Shown here: in pieces, positions 27,462-36,998 of the stretch
How positions within the stretch are numbered: the first letter of the stretch is position 1
Layout: each line of letters opens with the position of its first letter
DNA from: Patescibacteria group bacterium
Lineage (GTDB): Bacteria; Patescibacteriota; Minisyncoccia; 2-02-FULL-40-12; GWA2-44-9
Direction: 5' to 3'
Assembly (NCBI GenBank): GCA_038061995.1
Contig: JBBTYA010000001.1
Location: 10,441 to 74,440 of the forward strand
DNA length: 64,000 nt
Notes under the pieces: generated by a model
Seen by the model: only the letters and a program-made list of their open reading frames with translations
Databases searched by the model: none
What the model was told of the DNA's origin: nothing
Made by a program: the position numbers and the translations under genes

Positions 27462-27809
27462 CTAGTCGTGGAACCCGCACATCAGAGCGGCGCGTTCTGC
27501 CGGAGTGAGCTTCGCGAGAGCCTTCTCTCGAAGCTTTGCCTCGGCTTCGGGGTTCTTGCTGATCTCGACGATCTGCGGAGTAAGAACGTAGCGGCCATCC
27601 GACAGCTTCAGAGCGAGCGTAGGCTTCACTTTACCGTCAGGACCCGAGTACCCGAGCCCGCTCGCGCCGAGTACCGCATCGTGATGCGTGAGGTGATACG
27701 AAGCAACGTAACTTCCTTCGTACGTTTCGGCAATCGCAGCGAAGATGGTGACAACTTCGGCAACCACTTGGTCGCCTTCAGCGAGTGGCTTCTTCTTCTC
27801 TTGGTCCAT
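27462..27809 (-). CDS. Orphan/hypothetical protein
   Basis: 115 aa, GGAGG RBS, terminator at about 27400-27440; C-terminal REKALAKLTPAERAAL. Confidence 0.75.
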   Translation of the reverse strand: MDQEKKKPLAEGDQVVAEVVTIFAAIAETYEGSYVASYHLTHHDAVLGASGLGYSGPDGKVKPTLALKLSDGRYVLTPQIVEISKNPEAEAKLREKALAKLTPAERAALMCGFHD

Positions 27810-27889
27810 TTGAGCCTCCGCGCATGATGTACCACGATTTCAAAACACACGCAAGAATACATAGATGATCTAGATAATTAAAGAAATAA

Positions 27890-28022
27890 CGTGCGATATT
27901 CCCCTGAAGACCATTCGGAGCCCGAGCGGGCAGGGTGTCTCCGTAAGGAGACGAGCGAGGGCGAGTGAGACCGCGCGGTCCCGCTGGGACCGCGACGGGA
28001 GTCGGAAGGGGGATGTCGCACG
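27890..28022 (+). ncRNA. Dispersed structured element, copy D (divergent)
   Basis: Closing stem cgtgcgatattcccct/agggggatgtcgcacg; core cattc-gga-gccc-ga-gc...gc-ga-gggc-gagtg and ccg-cgcggtccc-gct-gggaccgcg-a-cgg. Confidence 0.65.
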
Positions 28023-28046
28023 GATTTCGGGGGATTCTGCGCAACA

Positions 28047-28073
28047 TAAAACACCCCTTGCGGGGTGCTTTAT
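28047..28073 (-). terminator. Terminator of the RRM gene
   Basis: taaaacacccc-ttgc-ggggtgcttta. Confidence 0.7.
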
Positions 28074-28082
28074 GACTAGTTC

Positions 28083-28394
28083 TTAGTAGGACGAGCGACG
28101 ACCTCCACCGAAGCCACCTGCTCCGCCTGCGCGGGGTGGGCGTGCTTCCATAGGGCGTGCTTCGTTGACGGTGAGTGCGCGGCCATCGAGTTCCTTACCG
28201 TGCCACATTTCGATTGCCTTTGCAGCCTCGTCATCCGAGCTCATCTCCACGAAACCGAAGCCCTTGGAGCGGCCGGACATCTTATCGATGATGACTTGAG
28301 CTGAAGCAACTGTTCCAGATTGCGCGAACGCATCACGGAGAGTGCTGTCAGTCGTATCATACGACAAGTTACCTACATATAAACGCTTTGCCAT
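28083..28394 (-). CDS. RRM RNA-binding protein
   Basis: RNP2 LYVGNL, RNP1 KGFGFVEM, Gly-rich tail. Confidence 0.95.
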   Translation of the reverse strand: MAKRLYVGNLSYDTTDSTLRDAFAQSGTVASAQVIIDKMSGRSKGFGFVEMSSDDEAAKAIEMWHGKELDGRALTVNEARPMEARPPRAGGAGGFGGGRRSSY

Positions 28395-28557
28395 ACTGTG
28401 CGCGTTTTCCGATCGTCTTCTTCTTCAGAAGGCCTCAGAAAACACGAATTGTTTTTTATTACCGTAGGGTTGACCTTCTCGTCGAGCCCCCTACGTAATC
28501 GCAGGCTGCTACCGCGAGAGTTCCTACACAATCCCCAGTATATCACGAACGGCGACT

Positions 28558-30399
28558 TTACGCAAGCGCCTCTTTTTGGACGCGGCGGGCCTTATCGCGT
28601 TCTGTGCGAGAAAGATAGCGTTTTCGCATGCGAATACGCTCTGGGGTAAGCTCTAAAAGCTCATCATCTTCGATGAAATCAAGGGCCTGCTCCAAGCTCA
28701 TCAGCACTGGAGGCGCCAGGATAGTAACCCCATCGGAGCTCTTCGAGCGCATGTTGGTAAGCTCTTTACCCTTTGTCACATTAATCTCTAAATCTTCACG
28801 GCGACTGTTGAGACCAACAATCATGCCTTCGTATACTTTTTCACCAGGGCCCACAAAGGTACTTCCGCGACCTTGCGCGACTTCGAGTCCAAAAGCGACC
28901 GCCTGTCCCGCTTCTGATGCGATAAGCACACCATTGCGATCGCGTGCGAGCGCTTCTCCTACTGGGCGAAATTCAGAGAACATTGTGTTCATTACGATCG
29001 TCCCCTTCGTAGCGGTCATCAAAATGTTACGCAAACCAAGGAAGGCACGCGTTGGCATGAGATACACCATACGGCTATAGCCGTTGTCGTGGTTGATAAT
29101 GTTCGTCAGCTCTGCGCGACGCTTGCCGAATTCAGTAGTGATCGTGCCTACATACTCTTCAGGGACATCAACAGTAACCTCTTCTACAGGCTCCTTGAGC
29201 ACGCCGTCCATTTCTTTAAAAATAACTTCTGGCTTTGACACCTGCATTTCGAAACCTTCACGACGAAGCGTCTCCAAAAATACTGAGAGGTGTAATTCTC
29301 CACGGCCCGAGAGTACATATTCACCATTTCCCAAAGGATTCAAACGCATACCTACGTTCGTTTCGAGCTCACGCTCAAGACGCTCACTGATCTGGCGAGA
29401 TGTAACAAATTTCCCCTCCTGCCCCATGAACGGAGACGTGTTTGGGCCTAGGGTAATACGGAGGGTTGGCTCCTCAATAGCAATGCTGGGAAGTGGTTCT
29501 GGGTTGGATATGTCAGTGATAGTCCAACTGATGTGCGCTTCGGGAACACCGGTCACTGCAATGATATCTCCCGCGAAAGCTTCCGTTACCTCAGCTCGCT
29601 TGAGGCCTTGAAACACAAACACTTTTTCAATGGTGCTTACGTGCTGCTTACCTGTGGCGTCGATAATAGCGACGCGCTGGCCCGCACGGGCTGTGCCGCG
29701 AGCAAGGCGACCGATTGCATAGCGGCCTTGATACGTATCACGATCAAGTGCGGCAACCAGCATTTGCAGCGTGCCCGATACATCGGCTTTCGGAGCTGGG
29801 ATGTGCGCGACGATTGCATCAAACAGGGGCACAAGGCTCCCTTCGCTTTGGCGTTCCTCTGCGGTTGGGACGTGATCCCACGCCTTACCCTCACGACCGA
29901 TAGCATACACGATAGGAAAATCGAGGTGGGATTCGTTGTGTGCAAGCTGCAAGAACAGGTTCGTGGTTTCATCAATAGTACGAGGAATATCTGCGCCTGG
30001 TTTGTCGATTTTATTGACCACCACAATAACCTTTAAGCCAAGCTCGAGCGCTTTCTTTAATACAAACTTTGTCTGTGGCATGGGGCCTTCTTGCGCATCC
30101 ACAAGAAGGATAGCGCCGTCTGCCATGTTCAGCGTGCGCTCTACTTCGCCTCCGAAATCAGCGTGGCCTGGAGTGTCTACAATATTAATTTTGGTATCAC
30201 CGTACATGACGGCCGTGTTTTTGGCGAGAATAGTAATACCACGCTCACGCTCAAGCTCATTTGAATCCATAATGAGGTCTTGGCTCAACTCCTCTGCTTT
30301 TGCGTGGAAAGTGCCAGCCTGCTTAAGCAAAAAGTCCACGAGCGTCGTTTTGCCGTGGTCAACGTGTGCGATGATAGCGATGTTGCGAATTGGTTGCAT
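28558..30399 (-). CDS. typA: Translational GTPase TypA/BipA
   Basis: IRNIAIIAHVDHGKTTLVD, ERGITILAK, DTPGHADFGGEVER, GRGELHL motifs. Confidence 0.97.
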   Translation of the reverse strand: MQPIRNIAIIAHVDHGKTTLVDFLLKQAGTFHAKAEELSQDLIMDSNELERERGITILAKNTAVMYGDTKINIVDTPGHADFGGEVERTLNMADGAILLVDAQEGPMPQTKFVLKKALELGLKVIVVVNKIDKPGADIPRTIDETTNLFLQLAHNESHLDFPIVYAIGREGKAWDHVPTAEERQSEGSLVPLFDAIVAHIPAPKADVSGTLQMLVAALDRDTYQGRYAIGRLARGTARAGQRVAIIDATGKQHVSTIEKVFVFQGLKRAEVTEAFAGDIIAVTGVPEAHISWTITDISNPEPLPSIAIEEPTLRITLGPNTSPFMGQEGKFVTSRQISERLERELETNVGMRLNPLGNGEYVLSGRGELHLSVFLETLRREGFEMQVSKPEVIFKEMDGVLKEPVEEVTVDVPEEYVGTITTEFGKRRAELTNIINHDNGYSRMVYLMPTRAFLGLRNILMTATKGTIVMNTMFSEFRPVGEALARDRNGVLIASEAGQAVAFGLEVAQGRGSTFVGPGEKVYEGMIVGLNSRREDLEINVTKGKELTNMRSKSSDGVTILAPPVLMSLEQALDFIEDDELLELTPERIRMRKRYLSRTERDKARRVQKEALA

Positions 30400-30504
30400 T
30401 TCGAATAAAAAACCGCCGCGGGCGGGTCTTGCCAATACGAACTACAGTATACCATACTTCTTGAAAAAGACGAGGGGGCGTGTCCTATGCCCCCTCTCCT
30501 GAGC

Positions 30505-30669
30505 CTAACCCTTTCGGATCGCGTGCGTCAGTAGCCCAACCCCGCACACGAAACATGCAAGTGCAACCGTGTTGGAAAGTTGCAGGTCGCATGCGATGAA
30601 CATGCCAAGGCTGAAGCACACGAGACCGAAGCCAAGAACGCCACGTCGCTTGTAGAGCGCAAGCTTCAT
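30505..30669 (-). CDS. 54-aa two-TM small orphan protein (below ORF-track cutoff)
   Basis: MKLALYKRRGVLGFGLVCFSLGMFIACDLQLSNTVALACFVCGVGLLTHAIRKG; GGAGGTG RBS; terminator at about 30464-30496. Confidence 0.6.
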   Translation of the reverse strand: MKLALYKRRGVLGFGLVCFSLGMFIACDLQLSNTVALACFVCGVGLLTHAIRKG

Positions 30670-30718
30670 ATCCCCACCTCCGCGCGTCTAGTATGCCAGA
30701 AGTCTGCTAGAGCGCAAC

Positions 30719-32341
30719 TTAGCTCTTTTTAATGTGATCCAGGGCGTACTGCCACGAGCCGCCTACCTTTTTCCCTGGGTTGAAGATATTGTGCGGGTCG
30801 AATATTTCTTTTGTGCGACGGAACAGCGCATAGACCTGCTTCCCATACATCTCTTCGACAAACGGCGTGCGGATAATGCCGTCGTTATGCTCTGCGGTAA
30901 TAGAACCGCCAAACTCGCGCACCAACGTATACACCTTTGATGAAAGCTCTTGAATGGCAATTTGTGTTTTAGGATCTTGCAGCTTCATGAGAGGAATAAT
31001 ATGAAAATTGCCGTTTCCAATATGCCCCACCATTGAGTAGGTGAGTTGATAGGGCTCAAGCATTGCAGTGAGTTGTGGCAAAAAATCTGCGAGGCGTTCT
31101 GACGGAACAATAATATCATCGATAAAAGGCACCGTTTGTCGTCCACGGATGTGGTGACGTAGTAGATTAAAGCTCTCGCGCCGAATCGTCCAATATTTCT
31201 TTGCCTCGTTCGCACTCTGTGTCATGCGCGTGCGAATACCAAGGGAGCGCAGACTCTTTTCTGCAGCCTGTGCGGGTGCGAGTGCCTCTGCGTCGGTGTC
31301 ACCAGAGAACTCAGCCAACACCACTAAGCGTGGCACGCCATGCGTAAGAAGCATCCACGCCTCCGGAATAAATTGGAGCCCCAGCGAAATAATATTGCGC
31401 GCACCTAAGAGCTGGACAAATTCCGGCATGAAGCGCAGCGCCAGCATAAACGTCTTATCATCATAGGATTCAAGGCTCTCTGGCGCATGCGCACGAAGCG
31501 CACCCACAACACCAGCCACGTCCGCGAGGTTGTCGATGAACGAAACGAGCAGTCGGCTAAACGGTTTTGGCTTTATGAGATCAAATGTTGTTTCGGTAAT
31601 GATGCCCAGCGTCCCCTGAGCACCCACCAGCACTTTTGCGGGATTAAATGTTTCACCATCCCACACGCGCCACAGTTGATACCCTGAGGAATTTTTTGAA
31701 ACCTTTGGACGTGCCTGCGCGATGAGATCTGCATTGTGCGTCACGAGCTCATACAGAGCACGGTAGAGATCGCCTTCAAAGTTTTTTTGCGTAAGCTTCT
31801 CCTGAAGCGCATCCCCCTTTATGGGACCAAGTTCATATTCGTTTCCATCAGAAAGCACAGCACGCACTGAATGCACGTAGTCTGCTGTTTGGCCATAGGT
31901 CAGACTCTTTTCTCCTCCTGCATTATTTGAAACCATACCTCCTATAGCACATAGCTCTCGCGATGCGGGATACGTTGGCATGATAAGTCCATGAGCCAAT
32001 GTTACTTTTTCAAAGTCACGATAAAAAACCCCCGGCATTGCCGTTGCTTGATTGCCGCGCACCACGGGCGTGGCACGAAACCCTGGCTTCATATCAAGGA
32101 CAATAGATGAAGAAAGGGGTCCGCCGCTCATGCACGTTCCTGCGGCTCGAGCGGTCAAAGAAACTCCTGCATGCTCCCGTGCATACTGCACCAGCTTTTG
32201 TACATCAGCGCTATCGCTCGGAGCTACAACAACCTCGGGCATCACTTGAAAAATACTCGCATCGCGACTTGCGATTTCACGAGATTCAGTATCAGTGGCA
32301 ACGGTACCGCGCACAAGTGAACGGAGGTCTTCAGCGAGCAT
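30719..32341 (-). CDS. FAD-linked oxidoreductase (D-lactate dehydrogenase/GlcD-like)
   Basis: RAAGT..SG, IGGMVSNNAGG, GAQGTLG, GHIGNGNFH, TAEHNDG, DP..IFNPGK motifs. Confidence 0.9.
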   Translation of the reverse strand: MLAEDLRSLVRGTVATDTESREIASRDASIFQVMPEVVVAPSDSADVQKLVQYAREHAGVSLTARAAGTCMSGGPLSSSIVLDMKPGFRATPVVRGNQATAMPGVFYRDFEKVTLAHGLIMPTYPASRELCAIGGMVSNNAGGEKSLTYGQTADYVHSVRAVLSDGNEYELGPIKGDALQEKLTQKNFEGDLYRALYELVTHNADLIAQARPKVSKNSSGYQLWRVWDGETFNPAKVLVGAQGTLGIITETTFDLIKPKPFSRLLVSFIDNLADVAGVVGALRAHAPESLESYDDKTFMLALRFMPEFVQLLGARNIISLGLQFIPEAWMLLTHGVPRLVVLAEFSGDTDAEALAPAQAAEKSLRSLGIRTRMTQSANEAKKYWTIRRESFNLLRHHIRGRQTVPFIDDIIVPSERLADFLPQLTAMLEPYQLTYSMVGHIGNGNFHIIPLMKLQDPKTQIAIQELSSKVYTLVREFGGSITAEHNDGIIRTPFVEEMYGKQVYALFRRTKEIFDPHNIFNPGKKVGGSWQYALDHIKKS

Positions 32342-32792
32342 GGGAAGAATCTTGCCGCCAAGGACGGACAGTCGCTCCCGCGACTACCATACTTGCCGCA
32401 ACAAGTACAAGATTTTTTATAACAAATTCCCCTTCGACAGTCAGCGCAAAGAGTGACTCGCGCATAAACAGCGCTGGAGCAGATGCGAGGGCGATAAATG
32501 TTCCCAACATCTCTATCCAAAGCAACGCGAACACGAATCGCAACGCACGCTTGGTGAGTAAACCAATCCCCACAACAATTTCAAAGAGGCCGAGAATGAC
32601 CAAAAACTGCTCTAACGGAAGGAGTGTGTATGCGCTCTGTACCACATATCCAACAGGAGACATACCAAGAACCTTTAAGAGGCCGAACCATAGAAACACG
32701 ATACCGAGAGATATTCGCAGCAGAGACACGCCGTAGCGTTGGAGCCACTGCAGAATTTGCGCATCAATAGATTGCAGGAAGGCGTTATGCAT
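32331..32792 (-). CDS. DoxX-family membrane protein
   Basis: LLRISLGIVFLWFGLLK...GEFVIKNLVL. Confidence 0.85.
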   Translation of the reverse strand: MHNAFLQSIDAQILQWLQRYGVSLLRISLGIVFLWFGLLKVLGMSPVGYVVQSAYTLLPLEQFLVILGLFEIVVGIGLLTKRALRFVFALLWIEMLGTFIALASAPALFMRESLFALTVEGEFVIKNLVLVAASMVVAGATVRPWRQDSSHAR

Positions 32793-33336
32793 GCGGTTGC
32801 GTAGGCGACTCTGTGTCATTCTCGTCGGGCGCGTCTTTCTTCTCCTCCAGTGCATGGGGCACTGATGGAGCGCGTGGTTCGCGTTGCAATACAATAATAC
32901 CCACCACAATAAAGAGTACCGGCCAGATCACCGACCACTGAAACCATGCGAGTGAAAAGAACTCACGCAAGAAGGCAAGCGCACCCAAGGCGATGAACCC
33001 AACGCCTAAGAGCGTGCGGCGCTTGAGAATTTCCCGCTCACGCGCGCGCAAACGATCTGCAACGTCTTGAGCCCCAGAGCGCACTTCTTCAACAAAAGCG
33101 TGGACACGATCTTTCAAGGGCTCGCCCATACCGTGTTCTGCGTCTTGGAGTGGCAAGATGAACATGAGCGCAAGATAGAGCAAGACGGTAAACCCAAAAT
33201 CACCCACAACTGCGAGGATAATGAAGAGGAGGCGGATAAAAACAGGATCGAGATCAAAATACTCGCCCAACCCGCCCGCGACTCCACCGAATATTTTATT
33301 GACTCGCGACCGACGTAATGGTTGATGATTACTCAT
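32785..33336 (-). CDS. PspC-domain membrane protein
   Basis: LRRSRVNKIFGGVAGGLGEYFDLDPVFIR; C-terminal two-TM WPV..I..G module. Confidence 0.9.
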   Translation of the reverse strand: MSNHQPLRRSRVNKIFGGVAGGLGEYFDLDPVFIRLLFIILAVVGDFGFTVLLYLALMFILPLQDAEHGMGEPLKDRVHAFVEEVRSGAQDVADRLRAREREILKRRTLLGVGFIALGALAFLREFFSLAWFQWSVIWPVLFIVVGIIVLQREPRAPSVPHALEEKKDAPDENDTESPTQPHA

Positions 33337-33337
33337 A

Positions 33338-34495
33338 TTAAGATGCTATTGTGCGTTTGAGCCAAATGGCGCGGTACCATACCATCGCGATACCACCGAA
33401 TACCGCGCACCGCATTGCCAATTGCGCCAGCCCGCCAAGCACTGGGATAAAGCCGATAACGCCTATAGTGAGTATACCAAGAGGAATAGTGTACCACGCG
33501 ATTGCGCCAAGAGGTTCTTTCCTTATGAGGTGCATGACAATAGTCCCCCATGCGACGGGAGCGAGTAATGACGTGACGACCCAGAAGAGCGCGTACATAA
33601 GTACCGCCATAACACTTATCGGAAGGCCGACAAGGATGATGGCGCACAAAAGGGCACCCAATGGAATGAGAACAATGGCTCCGATGCCACGCACCACAGA
33701 CCAACCCTTGCCCGCGAACGTTGCGTGCAGAATATCATGAGTGATGCGCGGAAATACATAAACAAATGCGTACGCCGCCACAAGCCACATGAGTACCTTC
33801 AGCGCTATGAGAGCGCCGAAAAGCGCGCCCGCAAGCGCGACAACTGTTTTCTCATCGGGAAGCGCGGCGGCACTGCGAGTATAGATCACCTCTTGTGCTA
33901 AGCGCGCGGACGGGTCAACCTCCGCAGGGCGAGGGCCGCGATACTCGATGCGTTGCCCAAGCACCGCACCCGCACCTATAGCAAAACGATCAGCCCTCAC
34001 AAACACCGGTCCATCAATAATGCCATTCACGGTCATATTCCCTCCTGTCATACGAAGACCGCCCATCACGCGGCCGTCGATGGTAATCGATCCTCCGGCC
34101 GCAAGCACGCTCCCAGAAATAGTTGCATCGCGTGCAATGTGTACCTGTCCACCAGCGATAGCAAGGTCACCCTTCACTACTCCCGTGATAACGGTCGTGC
34201 CCCCAAGAATGCGGATGTCATCGCCGACCGTTCCTGCGATTGTGACGGTGCCGCCAGCAGCAAGCACATCATCACGAACAGCGCCGCCAATACTTACCGT
34301 ACCGCCGACAACCGAAACATCACCGTTCACCGTCGCGCTCACGCTCACCGTACCGCCGACTCCATATACATCTTCATTCACTGGCTGAAGTGGCGCAAGA
34401 ACATATGACTCGCCAGCTCCTATTGTGGCAGCTATTGCAGAGTACGGGACGAAAAGAATCGCGAGAGCGCTTACGAAGATAAAAAATCGTTTCAT
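33338..34495 (-). CDS. Bactofilin-like beta-helix protein with C-terminal TM region
   Basis: Signal peptide, repeated GGTV.I.G.V.GD units, then several TM helices. Confidence 0.8.
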   Translation of the reverse strand: MKRFFIFVSALAILFVPYSAIAATIGAGESYVLAPLQPVNEDVYGVGGTVSVSATVNGDVSVVGGTVSIGGAVRDDVLAAGGTVTIAGTVGDDIRILGGTTVITGVVKGDLAIAGGQVHIARDATISGSVLAAGGSITIDGRVMGGLRMTGGNMTVNGIIDGPVFVRADRFAIGAGAVLGQRIEYRGPRPAEVDPSARLAQEVIYTRSAAALPDEKTVVALAGALFGALIALKVLMWLVAAYAFVYVFPRITHDILHATFAGKGWSVVRGIGAIVLIPLGALLCAIILVGLPISVMAVLMYALFWVVTSLLAPVAWGTIVMHLIRKEPLGAIAWYTIPLGILTIGVIGFIPVLGGLAQLAMRCAVFGGIAMVWYRAIWLKRTIAS

Positions 34496-34541
34496 ATACC
34501 ACCCATTGTACGCCACGAAACGGCGCAACTCAATACACAGC

Positions 34542-35030
34542 CTAGGCCTCAGTCCTCAGATGACGATAGTGTTGACTCCACACCGCAAGCCAAACACCAA
34601 AAAGAAGCGAGGAGGTGAGCGCTGATCCCATGCAGTAGATGCAAATAGCGTCGATGATAAAAAGCTGAAGCACAATAAGATAGAGCGTAAACACCATGCC
34701 TATAGGGGTTACAAAGAGCGCAACAGAGAGCGGCGCCGATGTTCTCTTATGGAAGCTGACGAGTGCAGAAATCACAAAAAACGCGTAGTAGAACGCACCG
34801 AGTAAGGCAACGGGGATCGGCCCGATAGCCGCGTAGGCACTCGAAGTTACCGTTTCACAGCCCTCAAGAATACTGCAGGGCGGAACTCGGTTTATAAAGT
34901 GCATCAGTGTAAGGTAGAACGCATCGAGAAAACCGAGAAAGGCGATAATGATTACGGAGCCGACAATAGCGCGCGAAACCGTTGGCGCCTTTTCTGCATA
35001 TGCGTGATAGGTACGAATGATGTTATTCAT
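34542..35030 (-). CDS. Vitamin K epoxide reductase (VKOR) family protein
   Basis: C-x5-CETVTSS.YA..GPIPVALLG and CIYC motifs. Confidence 0.9.
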   Translation of the reverse strand: MNNIIRTYHAYAEKAPTVSRAIVGSVIIIAFLGFLDAFYLTLMHFINRVPPCSILEGCETVTSSAYAAIGPIPVALLGAFYYAFFVISALVSFHKRTSAPLSVALFVTPIGMVFTLYLIVLQLFIIDAICIYCMGSALTSSLLFGVWLAVWSQHYRHLRTEA

Positions 35031-36264
35031 AACGAAGTGCTTCCATGGGACTCTTGAGTGCAGCCTGGCGTGCGGGGAAGAGGCCGAAGATAAGACCGAT
35101 GCCAGCTGAAACAAGTACGCCCATTACCATACCTGAAACTGGCAAGATAAATGGCATAGCAATGCCTGCGAATGTCCGCGCCGCAAACGCAGCAAAATAA
35201 CTCAGTGAGAGGCCAATAGCAATGCCGAGAATGCCCCCTGCAACCGTAAGAATAACTGCTTCGGTCAAGAATTGTAAGAGAATGTCATTGTTCTTTGCGC
35301 CAAGAGCTTTGCGTAGACCAATTTCACGCGTGCGCTCCGTCACGGAGACGAGCATGATGTTCATAATCCCCACGCCACCCACCACCAGAGAGATGCCGGC
35401 AACAGATGCGAGCAATAGCGTGAGAACGCTCGTAATGGTGCTGAATGTATCTGCGATCTCCGTTGGTGTTTGCACAAAGAAATCATCTTTTTCAGGGTCA
35501 GTAATATTGTGCATGTCCCGCAACGTTGCTTCGATGTCCTTCACCACCGCATCCATTGTTTCAGGGCTCGAAGCGGTCACGGCGATGCGTTGGATGTACG
35601 AAAAACCAAGGATATATGTTTGCGCGGTTGTATAGGGCATGACAATCGCGTCATCAAAATCAACAAATGGAGATTGCCCCTTATCTCCCAGCACACCAAT
35701 CACTCGCACCGATGAATCTTTCAGTTTTATTTTTTCACCAATGGCTGTAGACGACCCAAAGAGCTCTTTGGCAACATCTTTCCCGATAACTGCAATTTGA
35801 GAACGCTCACGAACATCGTAATCATCAAACATCATGCCCGCAGAAAGATCGAGGTTATAGAGCGGCACGAGAGCATCTGTCCCGCCAAGAACAGTTGCGG
35901 TGAATGCTTCTGAGCCATACGAGGCAACTGCGGGACCAAACACAAATGGCACCACACGAGTTGCGTCAGGAACATTTGATTTCTTACGTAAGGCTTCGAG
36001 ATCACGCTCTTTCAGCGAGTCGTCGAGAATGGTAAAGCCAAATCCATTTGGCCCACTCGGCTCACGACCAGGGATCACAAACACGTTTTGAGCGCCCAAG
36101 CCCTGCACTTCACCAAGAATAAGTCCTTCGGCGCTCTGCCCGATAGAGGTAACAAGCGTTATGGATGAGATACCGATCACGATACCTAAAATAGTTAAAA
36201 AGGAGCGCGACTTGTGTGTCGAGAGCCCCCGAAGCGCCATAGATAGTGTGTCGTGAAGAAGCAT
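35023..36264 (-). CDS. MacB/FtsX-like ABC permease
   Basis: RSFLTILGIVIG and ISLVVGGVGIMNIMLVSVTERTREIGLRKALGA motifs. Confidence 0.93.
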   Translation of the reverse strand: MLLHDTLSMALRGLSTHKSRSFLTILGIVIGISSITLVTSIGQSAEGLILGEVQGLGAQNVFVIPGREPSGPNGFGFTILDDSLKERDLEALRKKSNVPDATRVVPFVFGPAVASYGSEAFTATVLGGTDALVPLYNLDLSAGMMFDDYDVRERSQIAVIGKDVAKELFGSSTAIGEKIKLKDSSVRVIGVLGDKGQSPFVDFDDAIVMPYTTAQTYILGFSYIQRIAVTASSPETMDAVVKDIEATLRDMHNITDPEKDDFFVQTPTEIADTFSTITSVLTLLLASVAGISLVVGGVGIMNIMLVSVTERTREIGLRKALGAKNNDILLQFLTEAVILTVAGGILGIAIGLSLSYFAAFAARTFAGIAMPFILPVSGMVMGVLVSAGIGLIFGLFPARQAALKSPMEALRYE

Positions 36265-36268
36265 AAAA

Positions 36269-36994
36269 TTACTTTTCAAATCCTTGCTCGGCGATAATGC
36301 GTCGTTTATCGATAACGCGATCTTCTTCAATCATACCGTCGCGAATGGATACCATGCGTTTTGCCGCCATCGCCACATATGATTCATGTGTGACCAGCAC
36401 AATAGTGTTGCCCTGGTCATTGAGATCTTGCAAGAAGCGCATGATCACTTCACCTGAACGAGAATCTAAGCTGCCCGTTGGTTCATCGGCAAAAATAACG
36501 CGAGGAGAATTGACAAGCGCGCGTGCGATTGCAACGCGTTGCTTCTGACCTCCAGACAGTTTTGCGGCTGCAAAATCGGAACGATTCGTAAGCCCCACTA
36601 AATCCACCATCGCCTGAGCGCGCTGGGTTCGCACGGGCTCAGGAACACCAGCATAGATGAGTGGCATTTTTACATTTTCAAGAACTGACTGGCGTGGCAT
36701 GAGATTAAATGCCTGAAATACAAAGCCCAGCATTTCGTTGCGCACCTGCGCAAGCTCTCCGTCAGAAAACGAAGTGAGGTTCTTACCCGCCAAGCGGTAC
36801 GTCCCTTTGGTAGGGCGATCAAGACACCCCAGGATCTGAAGCAACGTTGACTTTCCAGAGCCAGAGGGGCCAACAATTGCCACAAACTCCCCCTCCTTAA
36901 TAGTGAGATCAACGCTTGCCAAACCGACCGTTGTTACATCTTGTTCACGGTACTCTTTTCCAAGACCACGAACTTCGATGATAGGTGTTGCCAT
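36269..36994 (-). CDS. ABC transporter ATP-binding protein (MacB/LolD type)
   Basis: GPSGSGKST, LSGGQKQRVAIARAL, ADEPTG, VTH motifs. Confidence 0.95.
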   Translation of the reverse strand: MATPIIEVRGLGKEYREQDVTTVGLASVDLTIKEGEFVAIVGPSGSGKSTLLQILGCLDRPTKGTYRLAGKNLTSFSDGELAQVRNEMLGFVFQAFNLMPRQSVLENVKMPLIYAGVPEPVRTQRAQAMVDLVGLTNRSDFAAAKLSGGQKQRVAIARALVNSPRVIFADEPTGSLDSRSGEVIMRFLQDLNDQGNTIVLVTHESYVAMAAKRMVSIRDGMIEEDRVIDKRRIIAEQGFEK

Positions 36995-36998
36995 GCCT

